From contig NW_027266286.1 in assembly GCF_022045235.1 (NCBI RefSeq), positions 75,392,001-75,456,000 of the forward strand: DNA of 64,000 nucleotides. The letters are read 5' to 3'. The position numbers were made by a program, and so were the translations under genes. Under the pieces are notes generated by a model that was not told the DNA's origin, searched no databases, and worked only from the letters and a program-made list of their open reading frames with translations. Numbering within the stretch: the first letter of the stretch is position 1; each line of letters starts with the position of its first letter. Origin of the DNA: Haliotis cracherodii. Taxonomy: Eukaryota. Positions 45,195 to 58,659 of the stretch are shown piece by piece.

Positions 45195-48100
45195 ATGTTG
45201 CTGTTGGTCGTAGCTCTCATCGTTCCTGCCCTGGGGGCCCGCACAGGATTCACAGACACCGGCAGTCTAGAGTGGAGAGACTGTGGTATGTAAATTGATT
45301 GAGTGAATTAATATTTTAACGTGGCAATATCAGCATTACAGCGACGAGAACACATCCTACATAGTTGGAGGTTCGATTCGCAGATTCGCCCTGAATACGA
45401 TTCATGGTTTGTCTGCACCATATCCATGCGATGTGTTCTCTAAAGTCCAAACGTCAAAACTTGCAGACCTTCGGGATTTCCTCCACGTCAAGATGACACG
45501 CCGTCATATAACTGAAATAGTGTTCAAAGGGGCGCTAAACTTCACTCACTCACTCGCATATTGTAGACTCTGATCATACGTTTTGAAAAGACATCATTGG
45601 GATGGTTCTTAAGCAGTGATAAAGATCGAATCAACCAACAGATGTATAAAACGTTTGACGTGACTTTGTTGGCACTCACTCACAAATACATGATGTATCA
45701 TCATTGGGATGGTTCCCAACCAGTGATAAATAAAGAATACTAAACGAGCTCCCGTGTAATACCAATGTTATGAAACGAGTGAAAAGTTCTGGTATCTGAC
45801 GAGCGAAAGCGAATCAGATACCCCAGGTATTTACGAGTTTCATAACATTGGTTGTACTAGGGAACGAGTTTAGTATTTTATTTATCACTTGCCATTTATA
45901 ACGTTTTTAGAGTATGCCATGTGACGTCAGCCTAGCAACAAGGTTGCGCGGGTCATCGAGTGTGCATAAGCTCCTCTCAGTGATCATCTCCACAGGAATA
46001 TCGTTGAATAAGCCAAGGGATGTTGAGTGCTTTCAATATTTGTTCGTGAAACGTGTTCCGAGGATACACAAGCACGCGTTTTGATATTACACAATGTTTA
46101 ATACAGCTGTATGTTTATTAAACGGGTGATGTCTTCACGGGTAAGTAATAAAGATAAAGATCCCACCAACTTACATGAAAAAATACCCTAAATACTTGAT
46201 GATATTTCTTGGCTGAATTAGGGTATGCCTTGATAAGGTATGTGGATATGTTTGCATATAGCTGGACCAGTTGCATTTTCGTGAACTAAATTTAGAACCT
46301 AGCCATGTGGTTCTTTGAAATAGTTATGTTATTTGTCTTCACATGTCAGGTGTTGGGGATTCCTGGGTTAATGTGACGACGTTCGACATCACCCCCACCC
46401 CCATCAAAGTTCCCGGAGATATGACCGTGACCCTTGATGGAACTATCAGCCACGATCTCACTGACCAGGTCACACTGGACGTTCTCATGGAGAAGAAGCT
46501 GCTCAACATTTTCACCAGGGTGCCCTGCCAGGGCAGTGTCGGCACATGGTAAGTGTTGAGCAAGTCAGATGTCGGCACATGGTAAGTGTTGAGCAAGTCA
46601 GATGTCGGCACATGGTAAGTGTTGAGCAAGTCAGATGTCGGCACATGGTATGTGTTGAGCAAGTCAGATGTTGGCACATGCTAAGTGTTGAGCAAGTGTG
46701 ATGTTGGAATATGGTAAGTGCTGAGCAAGTGTGATGTTAGCACATGGTAAGTGTTGAGCAAGTGTGATGTTGGAATATGGTAATTGCTGAGCAAGTGTGA
46801 TGTTAGCACATGGTAAGTGTTGAGCAAGTCAGATGTTGGCACATGGTAAGTGTTGAGCAATTTAGATGTCGGCACGTGGCAAGTGTTAAGGAAGTCAGAT
46901 GTTGGAATATGGTAATTGCTGAGCAAGTCAGATGTCGGCACATGGCAAGTGTTGAGCAAGTCAGATGTTGGCACATGGCAAGTGTTAAGGAAGTCAGATG
47001 TTGGCACTTGGTTAGTGTTGAGCAAGTGTGATGTTGGAATATGGTAAGTGCTGAGCAAGTCAGATGTCGGCACATGGTAAGTGTTGAGCAAGTGTGATGG
47101 CTGCACATGGTAAGTGTTGAGCAAGTGTGATGGCTGCACATGGTAAGTGTTGAGCAAGTGTGATGGCTGCACATGGTAAGTGTTGAGCAAGTGTGATGGC
47201 TGCACATGGTAATTGTTGAACAAGTCAGATATTGGCACATGGCAAGTGTTAAGGAAGTCAGATGTTGGCACATGGTTAGTGTTGAGCAAGTGTGATGTTG
47301 GAATATGGTAAGTGCTGAGCAAGTGTGATGTTAGCACATGGTAAGTGTTGAGCAAGTGTGATGTTGGAATATGGTAATTGCTGAGCAAGTCAGATGTTGG
47401 CACATGGCAAGTGTTGAGCAAGTGTGATGTTGGCACATGGTAATTGCTGAGCAAGTCAGATGTTGGCACATGGTAAGTGTTGAGCATGTCAGATGTCGGC
47501 ACATGGTAAGTGTTGAGCAATTCAGATGTCGGCACATGGTAAGTGTTGAGCAAAACAGATGTCAGCTCATTGTAAGTGCTGAGCAAGTCAGATGTTGGAA
47601 CATGGTAAGTGTTGAGCGAGTCAGATGTTGGCACATGGTAAGTGTTGAGCAAGTCAGATGTCGGCACGTGGCAAGTGTTAGGAAGTCAGATGTCGCCACA
47701 TGGTAAGTGTTGAGCAAGTGTGATGTTGGAACATGGTAATCGCTGAGCAAGTCAGATGTCAGCACATGGTAAGTATTGAGCAAGTCAGATGTCGGCACAT
47801 GGTTAGTGTTGAGCAAGTCAGATGTCGGCTCAAGGTAAGTGTTGAGCAAGTCAGATGTCGGCACATGGTAAGTGTTGAGCAAGTGTGATGGCTGCACATG
47901 GTAAGTGTTGAGCAAGTCAGATGTTGGAATATGGCAAGTGTTGAGCAAGTCAGATGTTGGCACATGGTAAGTGTTGAGCAAGTCAGATGTTGGCACATGG
48001 CAAGTGTTGAGCAAGTCAGATGTTAGCACATGGCAAGTGTTAAGGAAGTCAGATGTTAGCACATGGTAAGTGTTGAGCAAGTCAGATGTTGGCATATGGT

Positions 48101-51100
48101 TAGTGTTGAGCAAGTCAGATGTTAGCACATGGTAAGTGTTGAGCAAGTGTGATGTTGGAATATGGTAAGTGCTGAGCAAGTCAGATGTTGGCACATGGTA
48201 AGTGTTGAGCAAGTCAGATGTTGGAACATGATAAGTGTTGAGCAAGTCAGATGTCGGCACATGGTAAGTGTTGAGCAAGTCAGATGTCGGCACATGGGAA
48301 GTGTTGAGCAAGTCAGATGTTGGCACATGGTAAGTGTTGAGCAAGTCAGATGTCGGCACATGGTAAGTGCTGAGCAAGTCAGATGTCGGCACATGGTAAG
48401 TGTTGAGCAAGTCAGATGTTGGAACATGATAAGTGTTGAGCAAGTCAGATGTCGGCACATGGTAAGTGTTGAGCAAGTCAGATGTCTGCACATGGCAAGT
48501 GTTGAGCAAGTCAGATGTTGGCACATGGCAAGTGTTAAGGAAGTCAGATGTTGGCACATGGTTAGTGTTGAGCAAGTCAGATGTTGGCACATGGTATGTG
48601 TTGAGCAAGTCAGATGTTAGCACATGGTAAGTGTTGAGCAAGTGTGATGTTGGAATATGGTAATTGCTGAGCAAGTGTGATGTCAGCACATGGTAAGTGT
48701 TGAGCAAGACAGATGTTGGCACATGGTATGTGTTGAGCAAGTCAGATGTTGGCACATGGTAAATGTTGAGCAAGTCAGATGTCGGCACATGGCAAATGTT
48801 GAGCAAGTCAGATGTTAGCACATGGTAAGTGTTGAGCAAGTCAGATGTTGGCACATGGTATGTGTTGGGCAAGTCAGATGTTAGCACATGGTATGTGTTG
48901 AGCAAGTCAGATGTTAGCACATGGTAAGTGTTGAGCAAGTCAGATGTTAGCACATGGTAAGTGTTGAGCAAGTGTGATGTTGGAACATGGTAATCGCTGA
49001 GCAAGTCAGATGTCAGCACATGGTAAGTATTGAGCAAGTCAGATGTCGGCACATGGTTAGTGTTGAGCAAGTCAGATGTCGGCTCAAGGTAAGTGTTGAG
49101 CAAGTCAGATGTCGGCACATGGTAAGTGTTGAGCAAGTGTGATGGCTGCACATGGTAAGTGTTGAGCAAGTCAGATGTTGGAATATGGCAAGTGTTGAGC
49201 AAGTCAGATGTTGGCACATGGTAAGTGTTGAGCAAGTCAGATGTTGGCACATGGCAAGTGTTGAGCAAGTCAGATGTTAGCACATGGCAAGTGTTAAGGA
49301 AGTCAGATGTTAGCACATGGTAAGTGTTGAGCAAGTCAGATGTTGGCATATGGTTAGTGTTGAGCAAGTCAGATGTTAGCACATGGTAAGTGTTGAGCAA
49401 GTGTGATGTTGGAATATGGTAAGTGCTGAGCAAGTCAGATGTTGGCACATGGTAAGTGTTGAGCAAGTCAGATGTTGGAACATGATAAGTGTTGAGCAAG
49501 TCAGATGTCGGCACATGGTAAGTGTTGAGCAAGTCAGATGTCGGCACATGGGAAGTGTTGAGCAAGTCAGATGTTGGCACATGGTAAGTGTTGAGCAAGT
49601 CAGATGTCGGCACATGGTAAGTGCTGAGCAAGTCAGATGTCGGCACATGGTAAGTGTTGAGCAAGTCAGATGTTGGAACATGATAAGTGTTGAGCAAGTC
49701 AGATGTCGGCACATGGTAAGTGTTGAGCAAGTCAGATGTCGGCACATGGCAAGTGTTGAGCAAGTCAGATGTTGGCACATGGCAAGTGTTAAGGAAGTCA
49801 GATGTTGGCACATGGTTAGTGTTGAGCAAGTCAGATGTTGGCACATGGTATGTGTTGAGCAAGTCAGATGTTAGCACATGGTAAGTGTTGAGCAAGTGTG
49901 ATGTTGGAATATGGTAATTGCTGAGCAAGTGTGATGTCAGCACATGGTAAGTGTTGAGCAAGACAGATGTTGGCACATGGTATGTGTTGAGCAAGTCAGA
50001 TGTTGGCACATGGTAAATGTTGAGCAAGTCAGATGTCGGCACATGGCAAATGTTGAGCAAGTCAGATGTTAGCACATGGTAAGTGTTGAGCAAGTCAGAT
50101 GTTGGCACATGGTATGTGTTGGGCAAGTCAGATGTTAGCACATGGTATGTGTTGAGCAAGTCAGATGTTAGCACATGGTAAGTGTTGAGCAAGTCAGATG
50201 TTAGCACATGGTAAGTGTTGAGCAAGTCAGATGTTGGCACATGGTATGTGTTGAGCAAGTCAGATGTTAGCACATGGTATGTGTTGAGCAAGTCAGATGT
50301 TAGCACATGGCAAATGTTGAGCAAGTCAGATGTTGGCACATGGTATGTGTTGAGCAAGTCAGATGTTAGCACATGGTAAGTGTTGAGCAAGTGTGATGTT
50401 GGAATATGGTAATTGCTGAGCAAGTGTGATGTCAGCACATGGTAAGTGTTGAGCAAGACAGATGTTGGCACATGGTATGTGTTGAGCAAGTCAGATGTTG
50501 GCACATGGTAAATGTTGAGCAAGTCAGATGTCGGCACATGGCAAATGTTGAGCAAGTCAGATGTTAGCACATGGTAAGTGTTGAGCAAGTGTGATGTTGG
50601 AATATGGTAAGTGCTGAGCAAGTCAGATGTTGGAACATGGCAAGTGTTGAGCAAGTGTGATGTTGGAATATGGTAATTGCTGAATAAATCTGATGTTGGC
50701 ACACGGTAAGTGTTGAGCAAGTCTGAAGTTGGCAATTGGTAAGTGCTATGTTTCGGAACCGAGTGGAAAGTCAGTGTTAAAAACCTTTCTCAGCTGTCCG
50801 CAAGAATTTGGTGTTGGGCTTAAAGGAAAGAGTTCATCGACCCAGAAAACATATAAAACATATCAGCCACACGCCAACAAATACACGATGTGCGAAAACC
50901 TTGTTTCACAACCATGAGCGTTTCCAGCTAAGACTGACCTGTGGTGAGCAGAGATTCAAGCTGGTATTTTACGTCGTGAGAGAAGTTTCCATTTAGGCCT
51001 TACGTGAGGTTAGCGGAATTTCTAGCACAGGTGAATGCAGTTTCCAGCTGAGTTATACATGAACTGTACGGGGTTGCAGACGTTTGTGAGGTGAGCCGCT

Positions 51101-51953
51101 TTTGGTGTAAGACGACCAAGTGATGGTTCCTACTCCGACGTCCTGGGTAGATCTGTGGTAGAATACGTCTTCAGCAACCCATGCTTGCTATACTATAGCA
51201 GGCGATCTGTGACTTGGTTGATGCATGTCATCGTATCCCAATTGTGTGGATCGATGCTTATGATGTCAATCACTGGATTCCCTGGTCCAGAATCTATTAT
51301 TTACAAACTGCCGTCATATAGGTGGAATATTACTGAGTGCGACATTAAACAACAAACAAAAAACAAAACAAATCCTTCTCCGACGTCCGCGCATTGTCGC
51401 TCCTCAAATATATAAAGTTAATGCTCCACTCTCAGTGATATACCTGCGAACTCGGTTGTGTTGCTGTGCATACAGAAGTTGGTTACATAACAGGTGGTTA
51501 AAGGCGATGTATGTTAATCAATGTAGACTGGCGTCGTGGCATTTAACCTCAGTAGATTTGTAACACCCTCTGTGTATGTAGATGGGGTGAGTTGTGTATT
51601 AGAACTTACAAGTTACTATTGGTGATGCTAACTTGTCTATATTCGTCTGTTAGACGGACCACTGTGAGAGTCCAATAGTAGTTTGCTGGACTTCCTCATT
51701 GATAACATCTGTGTAAAATTTGCAGGTAAGACGTTTAGGCAAGAAGTAGGAAACCACAGCTTTCCCTTTCTCAGGCAGTGTGAACGGCAACCAATATGTC
51801 GGGACATGCTCACCCATTTTCGTGAACACATCGTGTCATCACTGAATTCAGTTGCCCGTTCATATAATTTTCGCAGCTATTTTGCTCTTTATGCCAAATT
51901 TAAATGTGTTTCGGCGTATAATGTAGAAGGGTTATTCTCTTGCATTGAAAATG

Positions 51954-51984
<31 letters not shown>

Positions 51985-54900
51985 CAGTATTACAGTTCTA
52001 TCACTGTGTGTCAGATTGTTTGTCAGTTTGGTTAAACCAACCAGCACGAGTATGGTGCTGACAAACCTTGAAACATAATCGAGGGGAACTGAGATCCGAA
52101 CCCACAATCAGGTTTCGCGTGTGCACAAGATATACACATGTGGTGGGTGGAGGTTGCAGCTCAGACTAACATCCGGATATTCCCTCGAAGTTTACCATGT
52201 GGTGAGCTCAGCTCACAGCTCAGATACACTTGGGGTGAGTACAGGTCCAGATCTGACATTCATGAAGCAAGCAGAAGACTGAGATGAAGTTCGGGGAATT
52301 TCCAGTTCAGCTTAACATATAGTGAGCGGTTCTTCCAGCACAGAGCAACATGAGTTAAGTTTCAAATTCAGACTAATGTATAGTGACCGGATATTCCTGT
52401 GAAGATGAACATGAGGTGAGCAGAGTTTCCGGCTCAGACATACTTGAGGTGAACGTAGATTCCCACTCAAACTAAATTGAGTTGTGCTGAGTTTTCAGGT
52501 TAGACATACTTGAGGTGTACACGATTCCAGTTCGGATGTATACACCTCGTCAAAATTATCGCACCACAACATTTTATGATAATCAGAAAAGAGATTTGTA
52601 GGGAGAAGCTGCAAACAAAAGCAATCAAAAGTGTTACAGAATATCAAATATGATGTTAATTCTTTTTAATTATAGGAAAATGAGCATTTGCAAAGAAAAA
52701 AGCAACCATATTAGCCAGCGTATACAAGGACTGTAATTGGGGATAAATAGAAGCAGTTAAAGTATGGTAACTGTCAGGAATGAGATGGACAGATCTTACA
52801 ACGTTGCACTCATGTCATAAATGACATAATCATAAATGATCAACAGTGTAAGTCAATACCTGGTGTAGGCACCCCGTACACGAATCACATCTCCTCATGC
52901 CAAAATTAAACGCCTTATTCTCAGGTGATGGATGTGTTGCCATTCCTGGTGCAATGTGTATGTTGAATCATTGGAGGGTCTACTGGGGAGTGTGTGTCAT
53001 GTTTGTCTAATATGGTATCTGGTATGGTACTTTTGTCCATTTAATGTCCCCTAGCTGTGCCCAAATCAGGTTTACAATTTTCAAAGGAACAACATCCCCC
53101 CGATTGAGCCCCCACCATGTGCTATCCTGGATGTTGCGCTGATGATAAGATGTATCTGTAAGCCTCCAGACATCCTACCGTTAGTATGGTGCAATAAAAA
53201 CCGACTCTCGTCAGACCAATCAGTCCTCCTCCATGGCCTCAAGTTCCAGTGAGCTCGAACCTGACACCAGGCTCAACGACCAGCATGTGTTGGGGTCTTA
53301 TTAATCTTCTGGCCCTTAATCCTGCATTCAGTCAATGCCTGATGGTGCTTAATGGCACTCTGGTGTGGATATGCCAGTGATGACAGAGAACAGTGCAAGT
53401 TGTATTTGGACCTGGACCTCTCTGGCACTGGTGTTCCGTGGACGTCCTAATCTCAGCAAGTCACTCATATGTCCAGTCAATGTGTGTTTTCTAATGAGTA
53501 TGCTTAATGTTCAACATAGTGGCAACAGCCCGAAATGACAAGCCAGTTTGGTGCATGCCAATGATTTGCAATCTTTGATTTTCTGGGACAGAACCCTGAG
53601 GCATTTCAGTTACAAAGAGAGATTTCCAAATTGGTAGAACATTCATTCAAAATTAATTGCAGTAAAGACGCATGATGAACTTTCTGTCATCAAACATGAA
53701 TTTCTCTTTAGAGACCCCTGAGGTATGTATACGGCTCGCATAAACGCACCCACAAGGTTGGGCAGTTAAGGTGCAGGCAGATGATGTGTCAACACACAGT
53801 GTACCATTTGAACATCTCTTCACTGAAAATGAACACAAAATATGGTGGTGCGATACTTTTGACGAGGTGTATACATGAGTCGAGTGGAGTTTCCAGCTCA
53901 GATATACATGTGCTGAGGGTAGTCCGGATGACTGACTTTCAACGAGTCGTTCATCAGGTTGCAGGCGTCATATCATTTACTGGACATCAAACGATGCACA
54001 GTGAGAACAGTGTGTGTTTTCAAGAGTTGTGTGAATCACTCAGGTCAACTATATTCACGACTATGACTAGCTTCCCCGAAAAAGTGTCAAAATCCGAAAT
54101 CAAAAAGGGATCTTTGCACGCTGCACGTGCAGTGGAGGCGTTGCCTTTTGTTATTACCTAGTGACCGTGAATGTGCCACTTTTCCTAAATTCCAACATGG
54201 ATCGTTTCTTAAAAAAATCGAATATGATTTTCGATATTCCATACTTTGTTTTGCCAGTGTGTTACAATCATATAGGTGTTGAGATTAAAAAGTTAGCAGA
54301 CGGGGGGGGGGGGGGGGGGGATATAGCTGATAACATTGACATTACATACTAGTGGATGCTTTACATTGGACTGAATGAAAAGGCAATACAGCTACATGTT
54401 TGATTAAAGTTTGCGCGAAACCCTTATAACAATACATTATACAAATAAATAAAGTAAGAAAAAGGTGTAAGTTTTACACTGTGATAAAAGCAACGTCCTC
54501 AGATTTCTTGGTTGCCCACAGCCACTACACCGACCCCTGTCACTTCCTGGACACCTTCAAAAATCGGGGCACCTGTCCGCCCCAGCTGACTGCCAACGGC
54601 CTCCCCTGCACCTGTCCCTTCAGCCCCAAAGCGCTCCACCTGCCCCCGTCCACGTTCACCGTCACTGGCATCAGTGATGCCTGGAAGTTTGCTTTGGTGG
54701 ATGTAAGTGAAGTCTTTTAACCAAATGATGTGATTGATTTCACTATTTCACAAAACGTGGTACTAGGAATCAGTTGTACAGATGAAAAACGATCTTGGCA
54801 TGATCGTTTTGACATAATTATTGACAAATTCTACTTGTAAGGGTGTTCTTCAAGGACAGAACACTGAAAAAAGCTAAAGAAAGCGAATAACCTTTAGGTG

Positions 54901-55088
54901 GTATTTCTTTTCTTCCATTTAACATCTCAGTTCCATGATTAAACAAAGGTTTCATAGATTCAAATAGTAACATTTTTCTATCCTCACGTTTATTCCAGAG
55001 CGAGTTCCACGTAAAAATCTCCATGAACGACAAGCAAACTAACCAACTTCGTGGCTGTGTGGAGACCTATCTGATTATTGATGTGTAA
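45195..55088 (+). CDS. GM2A: GM2 activator-like protein, copy 2 (exons 45195-45285, 46350-46548, 54522-54702, 54999-55088; 186 aa)
   Basis: Same four-exon structure and Cys pattern as copy 1; intron 2 expanded to ~8 kb by a 33-bp array and a Tc1 element. Confidence 0.9.
45735..45880. mobile_element. Hairpin (foldback) dispersed element; copies at 61425-61572 and partially 1303-1360
   Basis: aatactaaacgagctccc...gagcgaaagcg...gggaacgagtttagtatt imperfect palindrome. Confidence 0.65.
46538..50746 (+). repeat. 33-bp minisatellite, ~127 copies, containing the exon-2 donor of GM2A-like copy 2
   Basis: Unit gtcggcacatg|gtaagtgttgagcaagtcagat; includes a 1254-bp (38-unit) higher-order duplication. 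Confidence 0.95.
52543..53869 (-). mobile_element. Tc1-family transposon remnant with intact TIRs and TA target duplication
   Basis: TA-cacctcgtcaaaattatcgcacc ... ggtgcgatacttttgacgaggtg-TA; degenerate transposase (IIGMHQTG, SDESRF, WGAQS, GAYTRY). Confidence 0.85.
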
Positions 55089-55279
55089 ATAGCAGGTCCA
55101 GAAATGAGTACAGTTAGATATATATACGTGTGTATTTGATAATTGAAAGTAAAGACAATAAATAACAAAATATGTGTTTCTGTCTGTCCATGTAGAAAAG
55201 TCCTTTACTAATGACAATTATTCCTCTATATTTATTTTAAAAAAGAAAGAAAGACATTTTATACTAAGTCTCCAACGTG

Positions 55280-57112
55280 ACTTTCATTGCTTTGGGACTG
55301 AGAACACCATGACAGTACAGCCTGGGTAGAACCTCTGATCATCCTTATACCTATGATAAAACTGTGATTCAGCTAACCAATCCGCTGGTTTACCAAGTGT
55401 TATATGGCAGTGTATTTTATTGTTTAACAGTGATGGTAACTGTGTCAGTCAATGTGGGGTTGTAGAAACTCTCCCTGTTAAAAGGTGTAGACTTGCTTAT
55501 TGGGAATGATTTGGCAGGGAGGAGATATTTGGCTGATTGTTTGTCTTGACCTTAACGTTTTGGAAAGTACTGAAAATCTTGAAAAATAAATTCCGGGTAT
55601 TTTTCCTTTGTGTGGTGTTACTCGTGCTATGGCTAAGTAAATAAAGTGACAAAACCCTTTCCATATTCAATAGATAGCTCTGCATAAAGCAGAGTCGATT
55701 CTACAATTCCGACTATATCATGAAAATGTATTTGAGAATCACTATCAAACAGTGCTCGCGAAATGATGAGAGTATCCTGCCCCACCGGTAGCATCCGTCA
55801 CAAACATATGCAAAGTCAAGAGAATTGTTCACCTGAGACAACACGGGAACAATTGGTACAAGTCAATATCGGGAATACCATCGGACATAGGTCAAATAGG
55901 GAAATGTCCTCAACATGTCTACCATAAAACCTTTTGGATAGCTTTTCTCAATGTTCCTATGATAATGATTCCAGCTGTGATTTGGTTGGCACTTTAATGG
56001 ATCATTTTGATGACCTGTCTAAATTTTCGAGGGAGAGTACTCAAAATGCTGATAGTTTGGCTGTTGAGGAATCAGTTCTGGGTAGGGAGCAGTTAGTTTA
56101 GTTACAGAGGGAAAACTCAAAGTTCTTGCTAACAGGGCACTCTCTTCAGAAGAAACTGACAAGGTTCCAGTTTGCTTTTATTTCCAGGATAGGGCTTTGA
56201 TTAGGAAATGAAATAGATAACCGCCAAATGTACCTGCTGATAATGAATGGAAGGCTTTCCATCAAATTGTTCTTCCATTTTCATATAGAAAACATGTTTG
56301 AGTGTGGCACATGTAACGCCTTGAGCAGGTCATTTGGGCGTGAACAAAACTTGTGACAAAATGATGTCTTATTTCTTTTGTCCTAATTTAATATACCTTG
56401 AAGGAATCTCAGGACAAAATGAAAGTACATTGTGACAAAAATGTCTCAAGAGAGAAATTTCAGTCCTGGCGATAAAGTCTTAGTGTTTTTGCCAATCCCT
56501 GGTCAACCATTACGTGCAAGGTACCACGGTCAGTGATACTGACAATGTTGTACAAACACCAGACAGTCGTAAAAAACACAACTTCTTCATATCATATGAT
56601 CAGAAAGTATCATGAAAAAATCACAATGCACCTACTCAGTGTGTTGCCACTGTTTCTCCTTTGCATATTGCATCGGATTGTGATACTGATGTGAATTGTG
56701 ACTTTGTCAAGTTTGATGACATTGCTGACTATGCTAGCCTTATGCTAAACAATTCTGGAGTTTAACTAAGTTAAATCTTTTAAATTCTGAGCAAAAGGCT
56801 GAAGTGTCAGAGTTAATTGTTTGCTCACTTGTTCACGGATGTGCCTGACCATACAGATTTAGTGTGTCATGATGTAGATGTAGATGGCGCTGTGCCTGTG
56901 AAACAACATCCCAACCGGATGAATCCAATCAAGCCTGAAGCTTATTCAAGTGTACGCTGATCACAATCCACTGGCTTTCCTTCATAAAATGAAGAACAAA
57001 AACTTACTCCTGATGCGCTGGAGCCTGTCTTTGCAAGAATATTATTTAGACAACAAGCATATCAAAGGCAAAGACAACGTTATTGCGGATGCATTATCCC
57101 GAGTTGATTTAA
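55280..57112 (+). mobile_element. Ty3/Gypsy LTR-retrotransposon remnant with integrase before RT/RNase H (Gmr1-like order)
   Basis: LPVKGVDLLIGNDLAG; AGHLGVNKT (integrase N-term); PGDKVLVFLPIPGQPL; then DHNPL...RWSLSLQEY...IKGKDNVIADALSR; heavily deleted. Confidence 0.8.
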
Positions 57113-57654
57113 TGTGATCAGTTTAGAACCAAGGTGCATTATTAGGATACTTGGAGGAGGTATTTCTTGCAGCTGAATCATGATATAATTCCATAAAGGT
57201 CCATCCATCTCATAGTAGTTGCAGCACCGATCCGATACGAGTGCGACTTATAGGGCTCATACCTAAAAACTTGTTAGATTGTGATACCATTGCAGAATAC
57301 GGATATCTTGTTCATACGTCAAAAGAAAAAGTCAGAACCATTAGGCCTTGCAGCTAAATCCTTGAACTTTCATCAGTGTCTGTCACAGATGGAACTGGTT
57401 GGATGTTGAACCGAGTGGAGAGCATCGCTGTGCTGGATGTTTGTTTTCACAGTTGGAGCAGATGTCATGAAATGTGCACCTTTGTCGATATCACTGGCTT
57501 TGGTTGAACTGATTGCATGTGGGGACAAGACGTAGGAACTGACCGTGAAATGAGCTTCCATACTTTGATTGATCATCGTGTTTGCACATACATGAACTTG
57601 GACTTTCCTAGGTTTATGGGGTGTGCACATACGACATCTACAAGATTCCTCTTG

Positions 57655-57935
57655 CCCAGCACGCGTGGCCCAGTCGTCTAAGGCGCCGCGATTCGCTGTG
57701 TAGAGTTGCGTCCTTTGGGCACGCCAGAAACCCATGATTGTGGGTTCGAGTCCCTGTTCGCACTGATTATATTTCTAGGTTTGTCAGCACCATATCCATG
57801 CTCGTGGGTTTCACCGAAGTGGTAAACGTCTGATACCTGCATCATTTCGAGCTTTCCTCCCACATTAAGCTGACACGCCACAATTAGCTGGAATACTGTT
57901 AAAAGGGCCTTAAACCCAAGTCACTCACTCGCTCA
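57655..57935 (+). mobile_element. tRNA-derived SINE (family B; copy at ~23280-23490)
   Basis: tggcccagtcgtctaagg...ggttcgagtcc head, shared body tttctaggtttgtcagcacc, cactcact tail. Confidence 0.75.
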
Positions 57936-58659
57936 GTTTTTCCCTCATAGGTTTGCTGGATTGTGTGCCTGACATAATCTGAATTGTTCATCTTACACTC
58001 TGACGGACAGGAGCTTGATAGATGGTATTCATATACAGTAAACTACGTTCATAACGGACACGTTCATAGCGAACAGACAGATATAACTGTTTTTATTAGT
58101 TCCGGCCATTTGCTTTATATATGCTGTATATATGCTTATAACGAATTACAGTTATAAAGAATTAAAATTACTGGTCCCTTCGAGCTCGATATAACCGTAG
58201 TTTAGTATATTTGAATAGCCCGTGGACAGCTGAAGGATGTCTTTGAATGTAAATACCAACATAAATCACAAAAAGTTGATGTCCAGTCTGTTATCTGTTT
58301 CATTTCTTTAGGACTTTGGCTTTTAACAAGATGGACATCCTTGCTCACAAACACAGCTGGACATGTAGTAACACGCTCTCACTTGGAGCAGCCGAGAATA
58401 CTCACAACTCAAGATTGATTTTAGTGCGTATGTGTGCACTTAATTCGTCATCAACACCATCCATGATAGCTTAAAGAGGCAAGCTGGTACTTGAGAGGTG
58501 TGCAGATATAAATGCAGTATTTATGTGTTGAAAATTATTAAGTGTGTTTCAGTGACATAATGCCCATCTATGTGTAAACTAAACAGATTGCCGTCAACAT
58601 TTGGAAGAGTTTGTGTAGATACTGTAAATCATGAACTGAATGCGGCAAGAACATATCAG

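Noticed and set aside
46681-50735. Very long minus-strand ORFs (1057 aa and 328 aa, HVPTSDLLNTY repeats)
   Set aside because: By-product of a stop-free 33-bp unit antisense to a GM2A-like intron; no unique domain, and broken by a 1-bp deletion.
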